Source of the DNA: Ostreococcus lucimarinus | Lineage: Eukaryota | DNA length: 64,000 nt | Direction: 5' to 3' (one strand) | Assembly (NCBI GenBank): GCA_000092065.1 | Contig: CP000592.1 | Part shown: piece by piece, positions 38,127 to 48,600 of the stretch | Position numbering within the stretch: the first letter of the stretch is position 1 | How the letters are laid out: each line of letters starts with the position of its first letter | Notes under the pieces: generated by a model | Told to the model about the DNA's origin: nothing | Databases searched by the model: none | The model's input: only the letters and a program-made list of their open reading frames with translations | Translations under genes and position numbers: made by a program

Positions 38127-39266
38127 ATGCGCGCGATCGCGACCCGCGCGCGCGCGCTCGCGCCCCGGTCGACGTCTCGCGCGTCGCGTCGCTCGAACGC
38201 GCCGCGCGCGAGCGCACGCGCGTCTCGAGCGACGGATGATTATCCATCAGTCATGGCGGACGCCGCGCGCGCGGTGCGGCTCGCGGGCGCGCTGTGCCGG
38301 AAGATGCAGTTCGAGCTGCGAACGAACGAAAAAGTGTCGAAATCGGACGACTCGCCGGTGACGGTGGCGGATTTCGCGGCGCAGGCGGTGGTGTCGCACG
38401 TCCTGGGCGTCGCGAGGCCGGACGTCGGGCTGGTGGCGGAGGAAGACGCGCGGAGTATGCGGGAACCAGCGGGCGCGAAATTGCGAGCGAGAGTGACGGC
38501 GGTGGTGAACGATGCGCTCGAAGGCGTGGTGGAGCGCAGACTGAGCGAGGAGGAGGTCATGGACGCGATCGATCGCGGGGCGACGGACGGCGGCGCGTCG
38601 GGGTCGTTTTGGATTCTCGATCCAATCGACGGCACGAAAGGATTCATTAATGGTCGGCAGTACGCCATCGCTTTGGCGCTCATGGAGGACGGCGAAGTTA
38701 CGGGTGGTGTTCTCGGGTGTCCGAACATGCCGAGCGAGAAGATACCGCGAGGAGCGACGGAAATTCCGACGGCGGCGCCGGGAGTAATTTTCGTCGCGTA
38801 CAAGGGGCGCGGGACGACTGTGGGGGCGTTCGACGCGGAGCATCCTCTGCGAGATGGCGCGAAAATAACGACGAATAAAGTGGCCAGTTCGAGCGAAGCG
38901 ACGTACATGGAATCGTGGGGGGACTCCATCGTCGCCGATCATGGGTTTACGAATTCTTTGAGCGCGGCGATGGGCGTAACGGCGCCGCCCGTGCGCATCG
39001 ATAGCATGGCAAAGTACGGTGCGCTCGCCCGTGGAGACACGAATATGTATCTCAGGTTTCCGCCCGCGAGTTATAGAGAAAAAGTTTGGGATCACGCCGC
39101 GGGCGCGATCGTGGTTCAGGAGGCGGGAGGGGTCATCACCGATGGCGCCGGGAATCCACTCGATTTTTCAAAGGGACGATTTTTGGACATCGACATCGGC
39201 ATCGTGGCCACGTCTTCGCCAGAACTGCACGCGACGTTGCTCGAAACGATCGCGAAAGTCAGATGA
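38127..39266 (+). CDS. SAL1: 3'(2'),5'-bisphosphate nucleotidase (SAL1/FRY1/HAL2 family), plastid presequence
   Basis: 379-aa ORF with ATG at 38127. It has metal-binding motifs of the inositol-monophosphatase fold (VAEEDA, WILDPIDGTKGFI, WDHAAGAIVVQEAGG) and an S/R-rich N-terminal presequence. Confidence 0.8.
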   Translation: MRAIATRARALAPRSTSRASRRSNAPRASARASRATDDYPSVMADAARAVRLAGALCRKMQFELRTNEKVSKSDDSPVTVADFAAQAVVSHVLGVARPDVGLVAEEDARSMREPAGAKLRARVTAVVNDALEGVVERRLSEEEVMDAIDRGATDGGASGSFWILDPIDGTKGFINGRQYAIALALMEDGEVTGGVLGCPNMPSEKIPRGATEIPTAAPGVIFVAYKGRGTTVGAFDAEHPLRDGAKITTNKVASSSEATYMESWGDSIVADHGFTNSLSAAMGVTAPPVRIDSMAKYGALARGDTNMYLRFPPASYREKVWDHAAGAIVVQEAGGVITDGAGNPLDFSKGRFLDIDIGIVATSSPELHATLLETIAKVR

Positions 39267-39304
39267 TCGTCCACGATAGCTGCTATGTTATATTATTACC
39301 GTTA

Positions 39305-40435
39305 CTACGCGCTTTTATTCTTTCCGACGGGTCGCAAGCGTTGGCGTAACATCGCCACTATTTCTTCCTTTGTCCTCGCCGGCTGTCCAACGTTGACGTA
39401 TCTATCTGCTAACCATCCTAACCTGCCACACAACACCGCGAGCCCGACGCGGCGTCGCGTGACGCCGTCAAAAATCAGACCGTCGTTCCTCGCGAACTCG
39501 TCCAAAGACTCGATAAATTTTTCTGGCAAGTCGGACCAGTGCGCGTCGGCGTCGACGCGATGCACGGTGTAATACCCATCGTTGAACGTCAACTGATTAT
39601 TCGGATGATTGATCGCGCAGTACGACGAACGATAATGACACTGCGGTTTATCTGGATCAACAAAGATTTGCTGCGACCAGCTTCCGAACGCCGCCGCGAA
39701 CGATCCCGCGACGTACGGCACGACAAAGATCCAAAACGCCGCCGTCGCGTTCATCGCCGCCGCGTACGAATACACTCCATACGTCGCCGCGAGTCCTAAG
39801 ACGCACCGCATCGCGTCGACGTACGCCTTCCTCTTCACCGCCCCGACGAGCAACTCCACGAAGCACCACGCGCCGAACCGTACCCAATACCTCAAAAACG
39901 CAAACGCCCCGTCTCTCGCGTACGTCGCCGTCGAATTCATCCCTCGCCCTCGCCCTCCGCTCGCCTTCGACCCCTCGTCCCCATCGTGATGCATCAACTC
40001 GTGCCGCATCGCGTACAGCCCACACGGCATCCCGAAAAACGGTCCGAGCGCGCAACTCGCGACGTTATTCAACACCGTTCCCGCCGTCCCGTCGCCTCGA
40101 AACGCCGGCGCGTGGCTCGAGTAGTGCGCCGCCGTGACGAACCGTCGCCAATACAACCCATATATCGTCACCGCGTACGCCAACCCGAGCGCGTGCGACG
40201 GCGGAGACATCACGACCGTCATCGCCATCGCCGGCACCGTGCTCGCGACGTTTATGAGCGCGTACACGAGCGGTAAATCCCGCGCGTCCCGCACCATCGG
40301 TCGCATGCGTTTGACGAGCGCGGACGTCGGCGCGACGACGTACTCGCGACGACGGGCGTGGAGGTCGTCGAGGGTGACGTCGCGGTCACCGCACGCGCCG
40401 ACGCGGGCGACCATCGTCGGGCGGGGCGCGGGCAT
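39305..40435 (-). CDS. Membrane fatty-acid desaturase family protein
   Basis: 376-aa ORF with ATG at 40435. Histidine boxes: HYSSH, HELMHH and HRVDADAHW, separated by hydrophobic spans. Confidence 0.55.
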   Translation of the reverse strand: MPAPRPTMVARVGACGDRDVTLDDLHARRREYVVAPTSALVKRMRPMVRDARDLPLVYALINVASTVPAMAMTVVMSPPSHALGLAYAVTIYGLYWRRFVTAAHYSSHAPAFRGDGTAGTVLNNVASCALGPFFGMPCGLYAMRHELMHHDGDEGSKASGGRGRGMNSTATYARDGAFAFLRYWVRFGAWCFVELLVGAVKRKAYVDAMRCVLGLAATYGVYSYAAAMNATAAFWIFVVPYVAGSFAAAFGSWSQQIFVDPDKPQCHYRSSYCAINHPNNQLTFNDGYYTVHRVDADAHWSDLPEKFIESLDEFARNDGLIFDGVTRRRVGLAVLCGRLGWLADRYVNVGQPARTKEEIVAMLRQRLRPVGKNKSA

Positions 40436-40604
40436 GCCGCCGCGCGCCGCCGCCGCGCGAAGTGACGACGATCCAACGGTCGCGGGCGCTTTTCGCGAGC
40501 ACGGCGTACAATACGCTCGGTCTTCATAGAATACACTACGCTATCGCGCGCGTCGGCGACGCTCGGCCGGAGGGTGGCTCTCGCGTATTTATTTACCAAT
40601 GACG

Positions 40605-42614
40605 TCACCGCGACTCGCGATCCGCAACGCCGCGCTCGCGGGACTGAGCGACGACGCCGCGCTTGCCGATTTCGGCGAAGGACTTTTCGGCCTCGGGCTT
40701 GGGCTTGTAGTATTGGTCTGGGGTCATGAATTCGGCGCCGCCGCCCGCGGCGGGTCGGAAAGGCGCGGGCGCGGACGCGAGCCACTTTTCCTTGCCTCCG
40801 CACTCGCGCCAAAAGGTGTTTTGAGTTTGGGAAACGTCCCACATGAGACCGAGGTGCTTGGGGAGCGGGGCGAGCGTGCTCGCGGCGATGGCGCCAGAGG
40901 CGGCGACCGCGGGAACGCCGACGCCCGGGAACACGGAGTCGCCGCAACGTAATAACTTGGGGATAGGGGATAATACGCCCGGTTGCGGAACTTCGGGCAG
41001 AGGTAAGAAGCCGAAGAGGCTGCCGCCGGCTGGGAGCGCCGGGCCGTACGTGCCGCGGTGCCGTCGGAGGAACCGTTGATGCGTCTGCGGAGACGCGTAC
41101 ACTTCAACTTCGACGCGGCTACGAATGTCCGGTATGATGCGTTCGATGGCATTCCACAGGATTTCAGCGCGTTCGCGCTTGAAATCCTTGTACTCTTGAC
41201 TCCCTCGATCCTTGCCTTCCCAAATGTCGTACGGTTCGCTTCCGGCTGTGTACACGTGAATGATGTGCTTACCTTCGGGTGCGACTTCAGGATCGAGCAC
41301 GGTGGGAATGAAGATTGTGATGACGTTTTGGGGATCACCGAGAGGTCGGTCCCAGTCCAAAACGCACAGATGCGACGGATCCAGATCGGGTAAGCCCGTG
41401 GCGTCGATGCCGAGGAACAAGTGCATGATGCTTCCGAGGGCGGGGATTTCCGACATTTCGTCCTTCCACTCCACCGCCCTGTCGAGACCTTGTGCTATTA
41501 ATTCGTCTGTCTGGGGCAACATCGGCACAGTGTCCCAGATAGTCGCGTTCGAAACGACCGCGACGTTCGCCTTGATGACTTTACCGTTTCGAAGACGCAC
41601 ACCCTTGGCTTCTCCGTCTTCGACGATGATTTCCTCCACGTGCGACTTGAGCTGCAATTCACCACCATACTTTTCCAAGCAGTATTGAAGCTTATCCACA
41701 ACTGCCTGCGTACCGCCCTCGGGCGCGCACAACGACGCCCCGGGACGATGGAATCCTGGAATACTATAAATCATTGTCGCCCCCATCGTGCCCTCCGCCG
41801 GGAACCCGCTGAAAAACGCCAGCATGTCGATCCACTGCTTCAAGAACGGTTCGGTGACGTACTGTCGCGATAACTTATGAAATGAGTCCAAAATATAAGG
41901 AATATCCAACATCACGTTCGGATGGGTGAGGTAAAACGGAATCGCAATCACCGTGGACACCAACAACCCGGCGTCCTGGCGAAGCGCCGTGAGCGGACAC
42001 GCGTCCAGCGCGTCGTACAACGGTTCCAACCGCCCCTTCAGCGCCTTCCACTCCTTGATCGCCAACTCCGGATCCGTCGCCTTCTCGCGCAACAAATCGC
42101 AGAACCCACCCGGGGCGTCATCGTCCCCGGTTTGAAACCTCCAGTGCCCCTCCGGCGTCCACATCGAAATCCCGTCGTACGTCTTCACCGGCACCGTCTC
42201 CCCGAGCGCGTCCAGCACCATCCTCAGCGGGTTCCCCGTCGGTCGATCCAACCCCTCCCAAATGCTCGGTCCGACCTCAAACTTATACAACGCCCCATCC
42301 GGCGCTCGATGATCGAACATGTGACAGCACCCGCCCGCGAGATAGTGACTCTCAAACACCTTCACCTCGTATCCGTACTTCGCCAACAGCGCGGCGCACG
42401 ACAACCCACCGATCCCGCTTCCGATCACCACGACGTCGTGCGTTTCGCTCGCGTCGTCCAGCGCGCTCGCGCGCGTCACCGTTCGTCGCCCGCGCGCGTC
42501 TTTCCTCGTCGCGCTCGTTATCCGCGCGGTCGCGCGCTGCATCTTGCGCGCGCGCGTCGTCGCGCGCGTCGTCGCGCGCGCGGCGCCGCGCGCCACCGTC
42601 GCGTCGGGCGTCAT
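40605..42614 (-). CDS. CRTISO: Carotenoid isomerase-like FAD-dependent oxidoreductase (CRTISO / phytoene-desaturase family), plastid presequence
   Basis: It has the dinucleotide-binding fold HDVVVIGSGIGGLSCAALLAKYGYEVKVFESHYLAGG and extensive CrtISO-like similarity through the C-terminal FAD region (GDSVFPGVGVPAVAASG). The track start at 42629 is a GTG. The first ATG is at 42614. Confidence 0.6.
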   Translation of the reverse strand: MTPDATVARGAARATTRATTRARKMQRATARITSATRKDARGRRTVTRASALDDASETHDVVVIGSGIGGLSCAALLAKYGYEVKVFESHYLAGGCCHMFDHRAPDGALYKFEVGPSIWEGLDRPTGNPLRMVLDALGETVPVKTYDGISMWTPEGHWRFQTGDDDAPGGFCDLLREKATDPELAIKEWKALKGRLEPLYDALDACPLTALRQDAGLLVSTVIAIPFYLTHPNVMLDIPYILDSFHKLSRQYVTEPFLKQWIDMLAFFSGFPAEGTMGATMIYSIPGFHRPGASLCAPEGGTQAVVDKLQYCLEKYGGELQLKSHVEEIIVEDGEAKGVRLRNGKVIKANVAVVSNATIWDTVPMLPQTDELIAQGLDRAVEWKDEMSEIPALGSIMHLFLGIDATGLPDLDPSHLCVLDWDRPLGDPQNVITIFIPTVLDPEVAPEGKHIIHVYTAGSEPYDIWEGKDRGSQEYKDFKRERAEILWNAIERIIPDIRSRVEVEVYASPQTHQRFLRRHRGTYGPALPAGGSLFGFLPLPEVPQPGVLSPIPKLLRCGDSVFPGVGVPAVAASGAIAASTLAPLPKHLGLMWDVSQTQNTFWRECGGKEKWLASAPAPFRPAAGGGAEFMTPDQYYKPKPEAEKSFAEIGKRGVVAQSRERGVADRESR

Positions 42615-42919
42615 CGCGCGCGTCGTCACCGATCGAAGCGACTCGCGAGCGATGCCCGCGCGGCGCGCGCGCTGTGACGTTCGGCGCGAGATACGCCGCG
42701 CGCCGTTATCTTTTTTGACTCTTCACTGTTTACCCATATACGACGGTACACGACTCAACGTACCCGATGGGGTCGAGCGCGGCGCGCGTCGACGCGCCGC
42801 ACCGCGCGACGCCGCGGCTCGACGCCGCGAGCGAGCGTGAACGCGCGCGCGCGCGCACGCTCGACGTCTCGACGCGAGACGCGCGTCGTTCGACGCGCGC
42901 GTGACGCCGCGAGACGGTG

Positions 42920-44452
42920 ATGACGCAACGACCGGCGGATGCGGCGGCGTCGTCGTTCGGCGCGCGACTGCGACGCGCGGGCGTGAAAACGCTGCGGTTG
43001 CGCGTCAGCGGCGAGCGGGCGAAGCGTGGACTCGAGTCCGATAACGAGAGCGACTCGGACGACGACGCGGGAGCGCGGGATGGACCGTTCGTGATGCGGT
43101 GCGGGGCGGTCGGCGCGCGGGGCGTCGAGCGAGCGACGACGTTCGAGGCGTGGCGGCCGAGACGTGGGATGGATCGCGAGGAACTCGCGGAGAAGTACGG
43201 AGACGGAGGCTTGAAGAGGCACCGCGGGATGCACGGGGGGCTGGAGGAGGCGTTTCGGGGGAATAATATCGTCGTGCGAGGGACGCTCGACGGGGTGGAG
43301 TACGTGGGGAAGAATTTTACGCACGCGGCGAGCGGCATTGGGAGAGCGTACGAGCGCGAACGGGGGTACGACGGGAAGATGATGTTGGGGAGGCTGAAGA
43401 AAGCGTCGGGTGAGGATGATGGGGCGTACGAGTTGGAGTTGATGCCGATCGCTGGCGGGCGAGTGATTGACTTGGAGACGCGCTTGCGCAAGTACAATTA
43501 CACGGAGCACTCCAAGAGCGATTTGGCGGATATCAACGATCCGGCGGTTCGCGCGGAGATCAACGCGAAACAACTCGAAGCGTTCGCGTCGGACAAGCGC
43601 AAGCGCCAAGTGAATAGGCTGAACGCGGCGAGAAAATTGGACGAAGCTTCCATTGCGTCGCCGAAGCTCATGCAGGCGCACATCGCCGAGGGAGCGGCGA
43701 CGCTGAAGAGTCGCGCCGAACTCATCCTCGAGGCTGGGAAAACGCGGAATATTCCGCCTCACGAACCAAACGCGTTGAATTTGGACGAGGCGTACCCGAT
43801 TGCCTCCATGCCGTGCCATGCGTTGCTTCATAAGCTTCGGTCGAAGGATCTTTTGGAAAACGCCGACGGCGCTACCGATTCGGGCGAAGTCACGTTTGAG
43901 CCGCTCACGCTGGCTTTGGCGTCGTTGTGCCTCAAAACGGGCACAAAGCCCGAACTCAACAAACGCGCGCAGCTCATTATGTACGCCGACGCGCTGTGCA
44001 AGTTACTTGCGCGCGAACGAATCAAAGAAGCCAAGCCAAAGGCGACAGAGGACGCCGAGACGCCGACCGAGCCCTCGCATCGGTTCACGTTCACCAGCGC
44101 CGAAAACGTCGATCCGTTGCTTCAGGAGGCACTCATACATAGTTATATGGACGAAGACGTGGCGAGCGACGTTCGACAGTACGTCATGTCCAAACACAGA
44201 AGAGATCTCGTACGACTGCAAGTCATTCTCATCGCGCTTCGCCTTTGCCAGTGGACGCTGGAGATTGAGCTCGTGCGCCCGCACTTGAAAGTGGACTCGA
44301 AAGAGATGATGGCGTACACGCGCGAACTCGGGTGCAAATCCGTCAAGGGTGGGAAGAATCCTGTCGTGAAACTCGATCTCAACGGCAGAGCGTTGTCGAG
44401 CGTGCTTCCGGAGATTCGAGCGCGAGGGAAACGAGCGAAACCAAAAGAATGA
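42920..44452 (+). CDS. Hypothetical nuclear protein, possibly an RNA polymerase I subunit A49 (RPA49/PAF53) homologue
   Basis: About 510 aa. The track start is a GTG. The first ATG is at 42920. It has a beta-rich N-terminal region, a K/E-rich linker and C-terminal helical repeats. Its size and layout resemble A49, but this is a weak call. Confidence 0.3.
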   Translation: MTQRPADAAASSFGARLRRAGVKTLRLRVSGERAKRGLESDNESDSDDDAGARDGPFVMRCGAVGARGVERATTFEAWRPRRGMDREELAEKYGDGGLKRHRGMHGGLEEAFRGNNIVVRGTLDGVEYVGKNFTHAASGIGRAYERERGYDGKMMLGRLKKASGEDDGAYELELMPIAGGRVIDLETRLRKYNYTEHSKSDLADINDPAVRAEINAKQLEAFASDKRKRQVNRLNAARKLDEASIASPKLMQAHIAEGAATLKSRAELILEAGKTRNIPPHEPNALNLDEAYPIASMPCHALLHKLRSKDLLENADGATDSGEVTFEPLTLALASLCLKTGTKPELNKRAQLIMYADALCKLLARERIKEAKPKATEDAETPTEPSHRFTFTSAENVDPLLQEALIHSYMDEDVASDVRQYVMSKHRRDLVRLQVILIALRLCQWTLEIELVRPHLKVDSKEMMAYTRELGCKSVKGGKNPVVKLDLNGRALSSVLPEIRARGKRAKPKE

Positions 44453-44526
44453 ATAGCCTAAACCGACGTAAATTTTTAGCAAAGTTTCTACATTACACAA
44501 CACGACGATACTCTCGTAACGACGCG

Positions 44527-45060
44527 TCATCGCATCATTTTCCGCCGCCGCCCCTCGAGCGAGCACCCCGGCGACGCGTCCGACTCGTCGCACTCCAACT
44601 TGCTCCACCGCCCGTCCACCTTCGCGCAATCAAACCACGCTTTGCCCAGCGACGCGTTCACCTCGTTGTGCACCGCGCACATCCATCGCTGCAAAGCCAA
44701 CCCCGAGGAGCAATCGGGCGGATTCACGCGCACAATCTCCGCGAAATGCGCCGCGCACTCGCCGCACGGGTACGCTCGCGTGAGAATCATAATCAACTCC
44801 CGCGCGTCTCGCTCCTGCCGCCGCGTCGGTTCATCCGGGTACTGCGCCGCGAACGTGTGTAAAAACGTCCACGTCGCGCGTCCGAGGTCCTCCTTCGTCG
44901 TCTTCGTCGTCGACGTCGACGCATCGTCGTCGTCTTTCGCGTCGTTGAATTTCTTCGTCATCGACGCGAGCCAGCGCTGCGGCATCGCGCGCGCGCGCGT
45001 TCGCGCCGTCGTCCAGCGCCACGCGCGTTCGCGCTCGCGCGTTCCATCGCGCGACGCCAT
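44527..45060 (-). CDS. ERV1: Erv1/ALR-family FAD-linked sulfhydryl oxidase
   Basis: 177-aa ORF with ATG at 45060. It reads LGRATWTFLHTFAAQYPDEPTRRQ...YPCGECAAHF...RWMCAVHNEVN, which is the Erv1/ALR FAD-binding four-helix core with the CxxC redox pair. Confidence 0.75.
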   Translation of the reverse strand: MASRDGTRERERAWRWTTARTRARAMPQRWLASMTKKFNDAKDDDDASTSTTKTTKEDLGRATWTFLHTFAAQYPDEPTRRQERDARELIMILTRAYPCGECAAHFAEIVRVNPPDCSSGLALQRWMCAVHNEVNASLGKAWFDCAKVDGRWSKLECDESDASPGCSLEGRRRKMMR

Positions 45061-45688
45061 CCCGCGTCGTCGTGTGCGCGTCGGCGCGTCGCGAACGCGC
45101 TCGACGCGCGCGCGCGCAAACCGGGCACTCCCGGGCAGCGCGTTCGCCGCGTCGCCGTCGCCGCGTCGCGCGCCTCGATCGTCGCGCGCCTCGATCGTCG
45201 CGCGTCTCGACGTGTCTCTCTCGCGCGCGCGGTCGAGCGACGCGCGCGACGCGCGAGGCGCGCGCGAGGCGCGACAACGCGACGCGTCTCTGGGACAGTT
45301 TCGACGAAGATGCGTTCGCGATGAACGACGACGACGCGGCGATTCGAGGGTATCTCGCGCGTCTGCGCGACGTCGAGGGCGAGGGCGACGCCAGCGCGGT
45401 GGACGCGCAGGGCGTGCTCGTGGAACTCAAGGTGCGGCGACGACGACGACGACGACAGAAGGATGATGATTTGATTTGATTTGATTTGGAAACTGACGAA
45501 CGGTGACGTAGGAACGATGCGAATCGATCGCGAAGGAAGACGTGGCGCGTCTGGGGATCCCGGGTGCGGTGTTCGATCGGCGCGCGGGCGTGGTGGCGTT
45601 CGTGGAGGCGACGGATGGACGACGAGGGAACGCGTTCGCGACGGCGCGAGCCAAGGCGTTGGACTTGACGGGAGAGCTCGCGACGAGG

Positions 45689-48600
45689 ATGGAGGGAATG
45701 GACGGCGATGATGGTGGGTTGGGATCGCGAGCCAGGGATGGGTTTGAAGTGATCATGATGACGTTTCGTAAGGAGACGTCGATGAGCGTGCGCTCGGGGG
45801 CGTTGAAGACGCTGTTGACGTTGGCGAGACGATACGCGGGCGAGATTGGACGAGGGACGATGCAGGCGTACGGACGGGCTTTGCGCAGAGATTTCGAGAG
45901 TTACACGAAAAATAGCAAGACGGTGAAAGGTTTGATATTGCGAGTCATCGGCGGTATGCACGAAGGGTTGCGACGCGAGGGTTTGACGCTCGTGACGGCG
46001 GAGGAAGCCATGGAGGACTCGAGTGCGCCGACGGCGAAGTGGTTGATGACGGCGTCGTGTCGCATTTTAGATGCCGCGCTGGACGATGAAGAAGACGTAA
46101 AGAAGGAGATTGTGCTCATGGCGAGCGCGTTATATGCGATTACGGCGTCCTTATCCGCGCGCGTCGCCGAAGAAGGTGCGGACAAGGCGAATTTTGCGCG
46201 CATTGTTCGCATCGTCGAGCACGCGGTGTCGTTGCGAGAGACTGGAACTCGAACAGACATGTCCAAGGCAGCGCTTGACTTAATCACCACGCACGCGCAC
46301 GCGTTGAGACACGAACTGGTGAAAATCTCTTCCAAGATGTTCGAGCTCCTGTTGAATTTGCGCACGCACAACAACAAGGAACTGGCTCGCTGTGCGGCAG
46401 CAGCGTACGAAGAGTTTTTACCTGCCATGCGTGACGCGTTCGTGTGCGATACGTTTTCTTCATCACGGGATTCCCGCGCAAAATTACTGGATGATATTTT
46501 AAAAGTCATCATGCGGATGCTAGACGACGAGAAAACGTCACAACGTGATAAGACGGCGTGCGTTCACGCATTGGGGAAATTCGCCGCGCCGGCGATGGAG
46601 TTGCTCTCCGACGACTACGCAGAGGTGAATACATACATGGAACGACTCGGCAAGCTCACGATGTACATCAAATTTCAGCAAGGAGAAAATGAGTTTCAAG
46701 AAAGATTCGAAAGCATTGAGCGTCAGGTGGCATTACTATCGGCTTTTAGCGACGTATTGCGATCTTCAAACGTTATGATTGACGAGGCGCTTCTAGAGAC
46801 TTTCGCTGGTTTGGTTGTTTGGATTTGGGAGCAGTACGCTTTCGAACTCGAGAGACGTAAACCTCAAATTCGTAACGCGTTGCTGAATTTGTTTGTCGTT
46901 CTCGCTTCCAAAGGTTGCGCTCTTCAGACACTCTTGACGCGCATCGGCTCTCAGCTTTTGTTCTTGACGCTCCGATTTTCTGAGCCGGACCCAATCGACA
47001 AAGTGCTGTGCAAAAACGATCCGGTACCGATGTGGCCTCGTTACGTCGATCTTTGGACGGCTCTCATCGGCGGCGGCAATGAATGCGCCGCAGGCGTTTA
47101 CGGTTGTTTCGTAAACGAGCTCCTCAACTTTTGCACTACGCTCGATCTTGGCATTGTGACGCCTACCGGAGAGGATTCGAATAGCGAACGAAACGCACGA
47201 ACCGATACTTCTACTAGCGATGATTTAGACACAACTTCAGTGGCGGTGAGCTTAGGCGACGACGCAAGCGCATCTAATCCGGGTGATATGTGCACCTTCT
47301 TACAGCTCGTAGAGTTCGCACAGCGAGTCATTGAGGAGTCCCCTGCAGACGCATTACTGCCTTGGGTGAACCATATCAGCACGAAATTAATGGCGATGGC
47401 TAATCGAAACAGCTCGATTTCTGCCTTTTACAAACTCATTGGAACGATCGTCAATGCCGCTGATCGCAGTGGATACTTTGGCAGACGAGATTCAGCCGAA
47501 GTGGAGCAAGTCGTCGCGCTGTTTCGAGAATTCTTACGAGATGTTTTGCAAGACACAAGACGATTCTCCGGCGAGCTGCTCGCGTCTGTGTTACAATTAC
47601 TATTGACACTCCCTTCGGTAATACTTCCGATTGAAAATTTGATAGCACCACTGTTGCGAGCCCTTGAACTTGGTCTACAACATCCTCCGGTGACGACAAT
47701 CGCTTTGAACACCCTCGAGCGCTGGCTCGATGGTAAGCATCTAGATGAGACTTCTCCGCACTTAGTACAGATAGCTAAACGCCTTAGTGCGTACTTGGAC
47801 AGCGCATCGAGTTCGAATGCGTTCTTTGGCGAAGTATACGAAAGCGAGGGTCGCGACAGGAAGAAAAAGCAGGCGAGCAAGGAGCAAGACGAAATGAGGC
47901 TCAAACGCGCGACTTTCATTCGGATCGTTAAAATTTTGGGCTCGATGGGTGGCGCAGCACACGGTTTATTGTCTGCAAAATCAAACAGTGAGCTCGACTC
48001 GCCGTGGGATTCTGACTCGAAGCTGTCGATGCCCATCGGTTTGGTTCGATCGTCTACAAAGTTATGGCTCGATAAATTACTTCCTCGCACTTCTCATTTG
48101 GCTATGTCTTCTCAAGATAGAGCGACAAAAATTGCTGCGTGCGAGGCACTTTATGGTTCAACTGTCTTTTTGATTGGCAGAAGCGCGCAAGGTCCGACGG
48201 CGTCGGCGGGCGATTTCACTCGCAGCGCATCTCAGTACCGCTCAATTTTCGAGAAACTTTTCCCAATAATTTTCGAATTGTCTGTCGATGCTGATGCAAT
48301 CTCCAGAAAGCTCTTCAGCGACCTTAGCTTCCAAATGACCAGATGGTATGCGAAGAGCCAAGCTCGTGAGTTGGACGTGACACTGTGTTTGTTTGACGCC
48401 TTAATCGAGGGACTGTCAAACACTTCAAAAGCCGGTGCCGTTCGTGATCTTTGCGCCTCACTAGTCGCAGAGTTGTTAGAGTGGAGTATAAAATATGTGC
48501 GAGATACGAAAGCGTTCGAAGGTACGGTAAATCACAGGTACATTCTGCGCACCTTGTTCGGATTGATGGGACACACGGGCTCAGCGCACAGATTGGGTGC

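Noticed and set aside
37163-38239. Multiple overlapping ORFs in four frames (37163..37594 -, 37326..38042 -, 37334..38239 +, 37591..38034 -)
   Set aside because: Only the + frame 37227..38006 encodes a recognisable domain (ApaG). The others are Arg/Asp/Gly-rich products of the same GC-rich DNA.
38240-39095. Minus-strand ORFs 38240..38929 and 38247..39095
   Set aside because: They are antisense to the SAL1 nucleotidase gene.
41922-42677. 251-aa plus ORF (Arg/Pro/His-rich)
   Set aside because: It is antisense to the CRTISO-like gene.
44003-44629. 208-aa minus ORF 44003..44629
   Set aside because: It is antisense to the 3' end of the RPA49-like gene (42920..44452), which ends inside it.
44600-45961. 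ORFs 44600..45466 (+) and 44831..45961 (-)
   Set aside because: They overlap the Erv1 gene or the DNA-PKcs start in antisense or alternative frames. They are Arg/Ser-rich with no domains.
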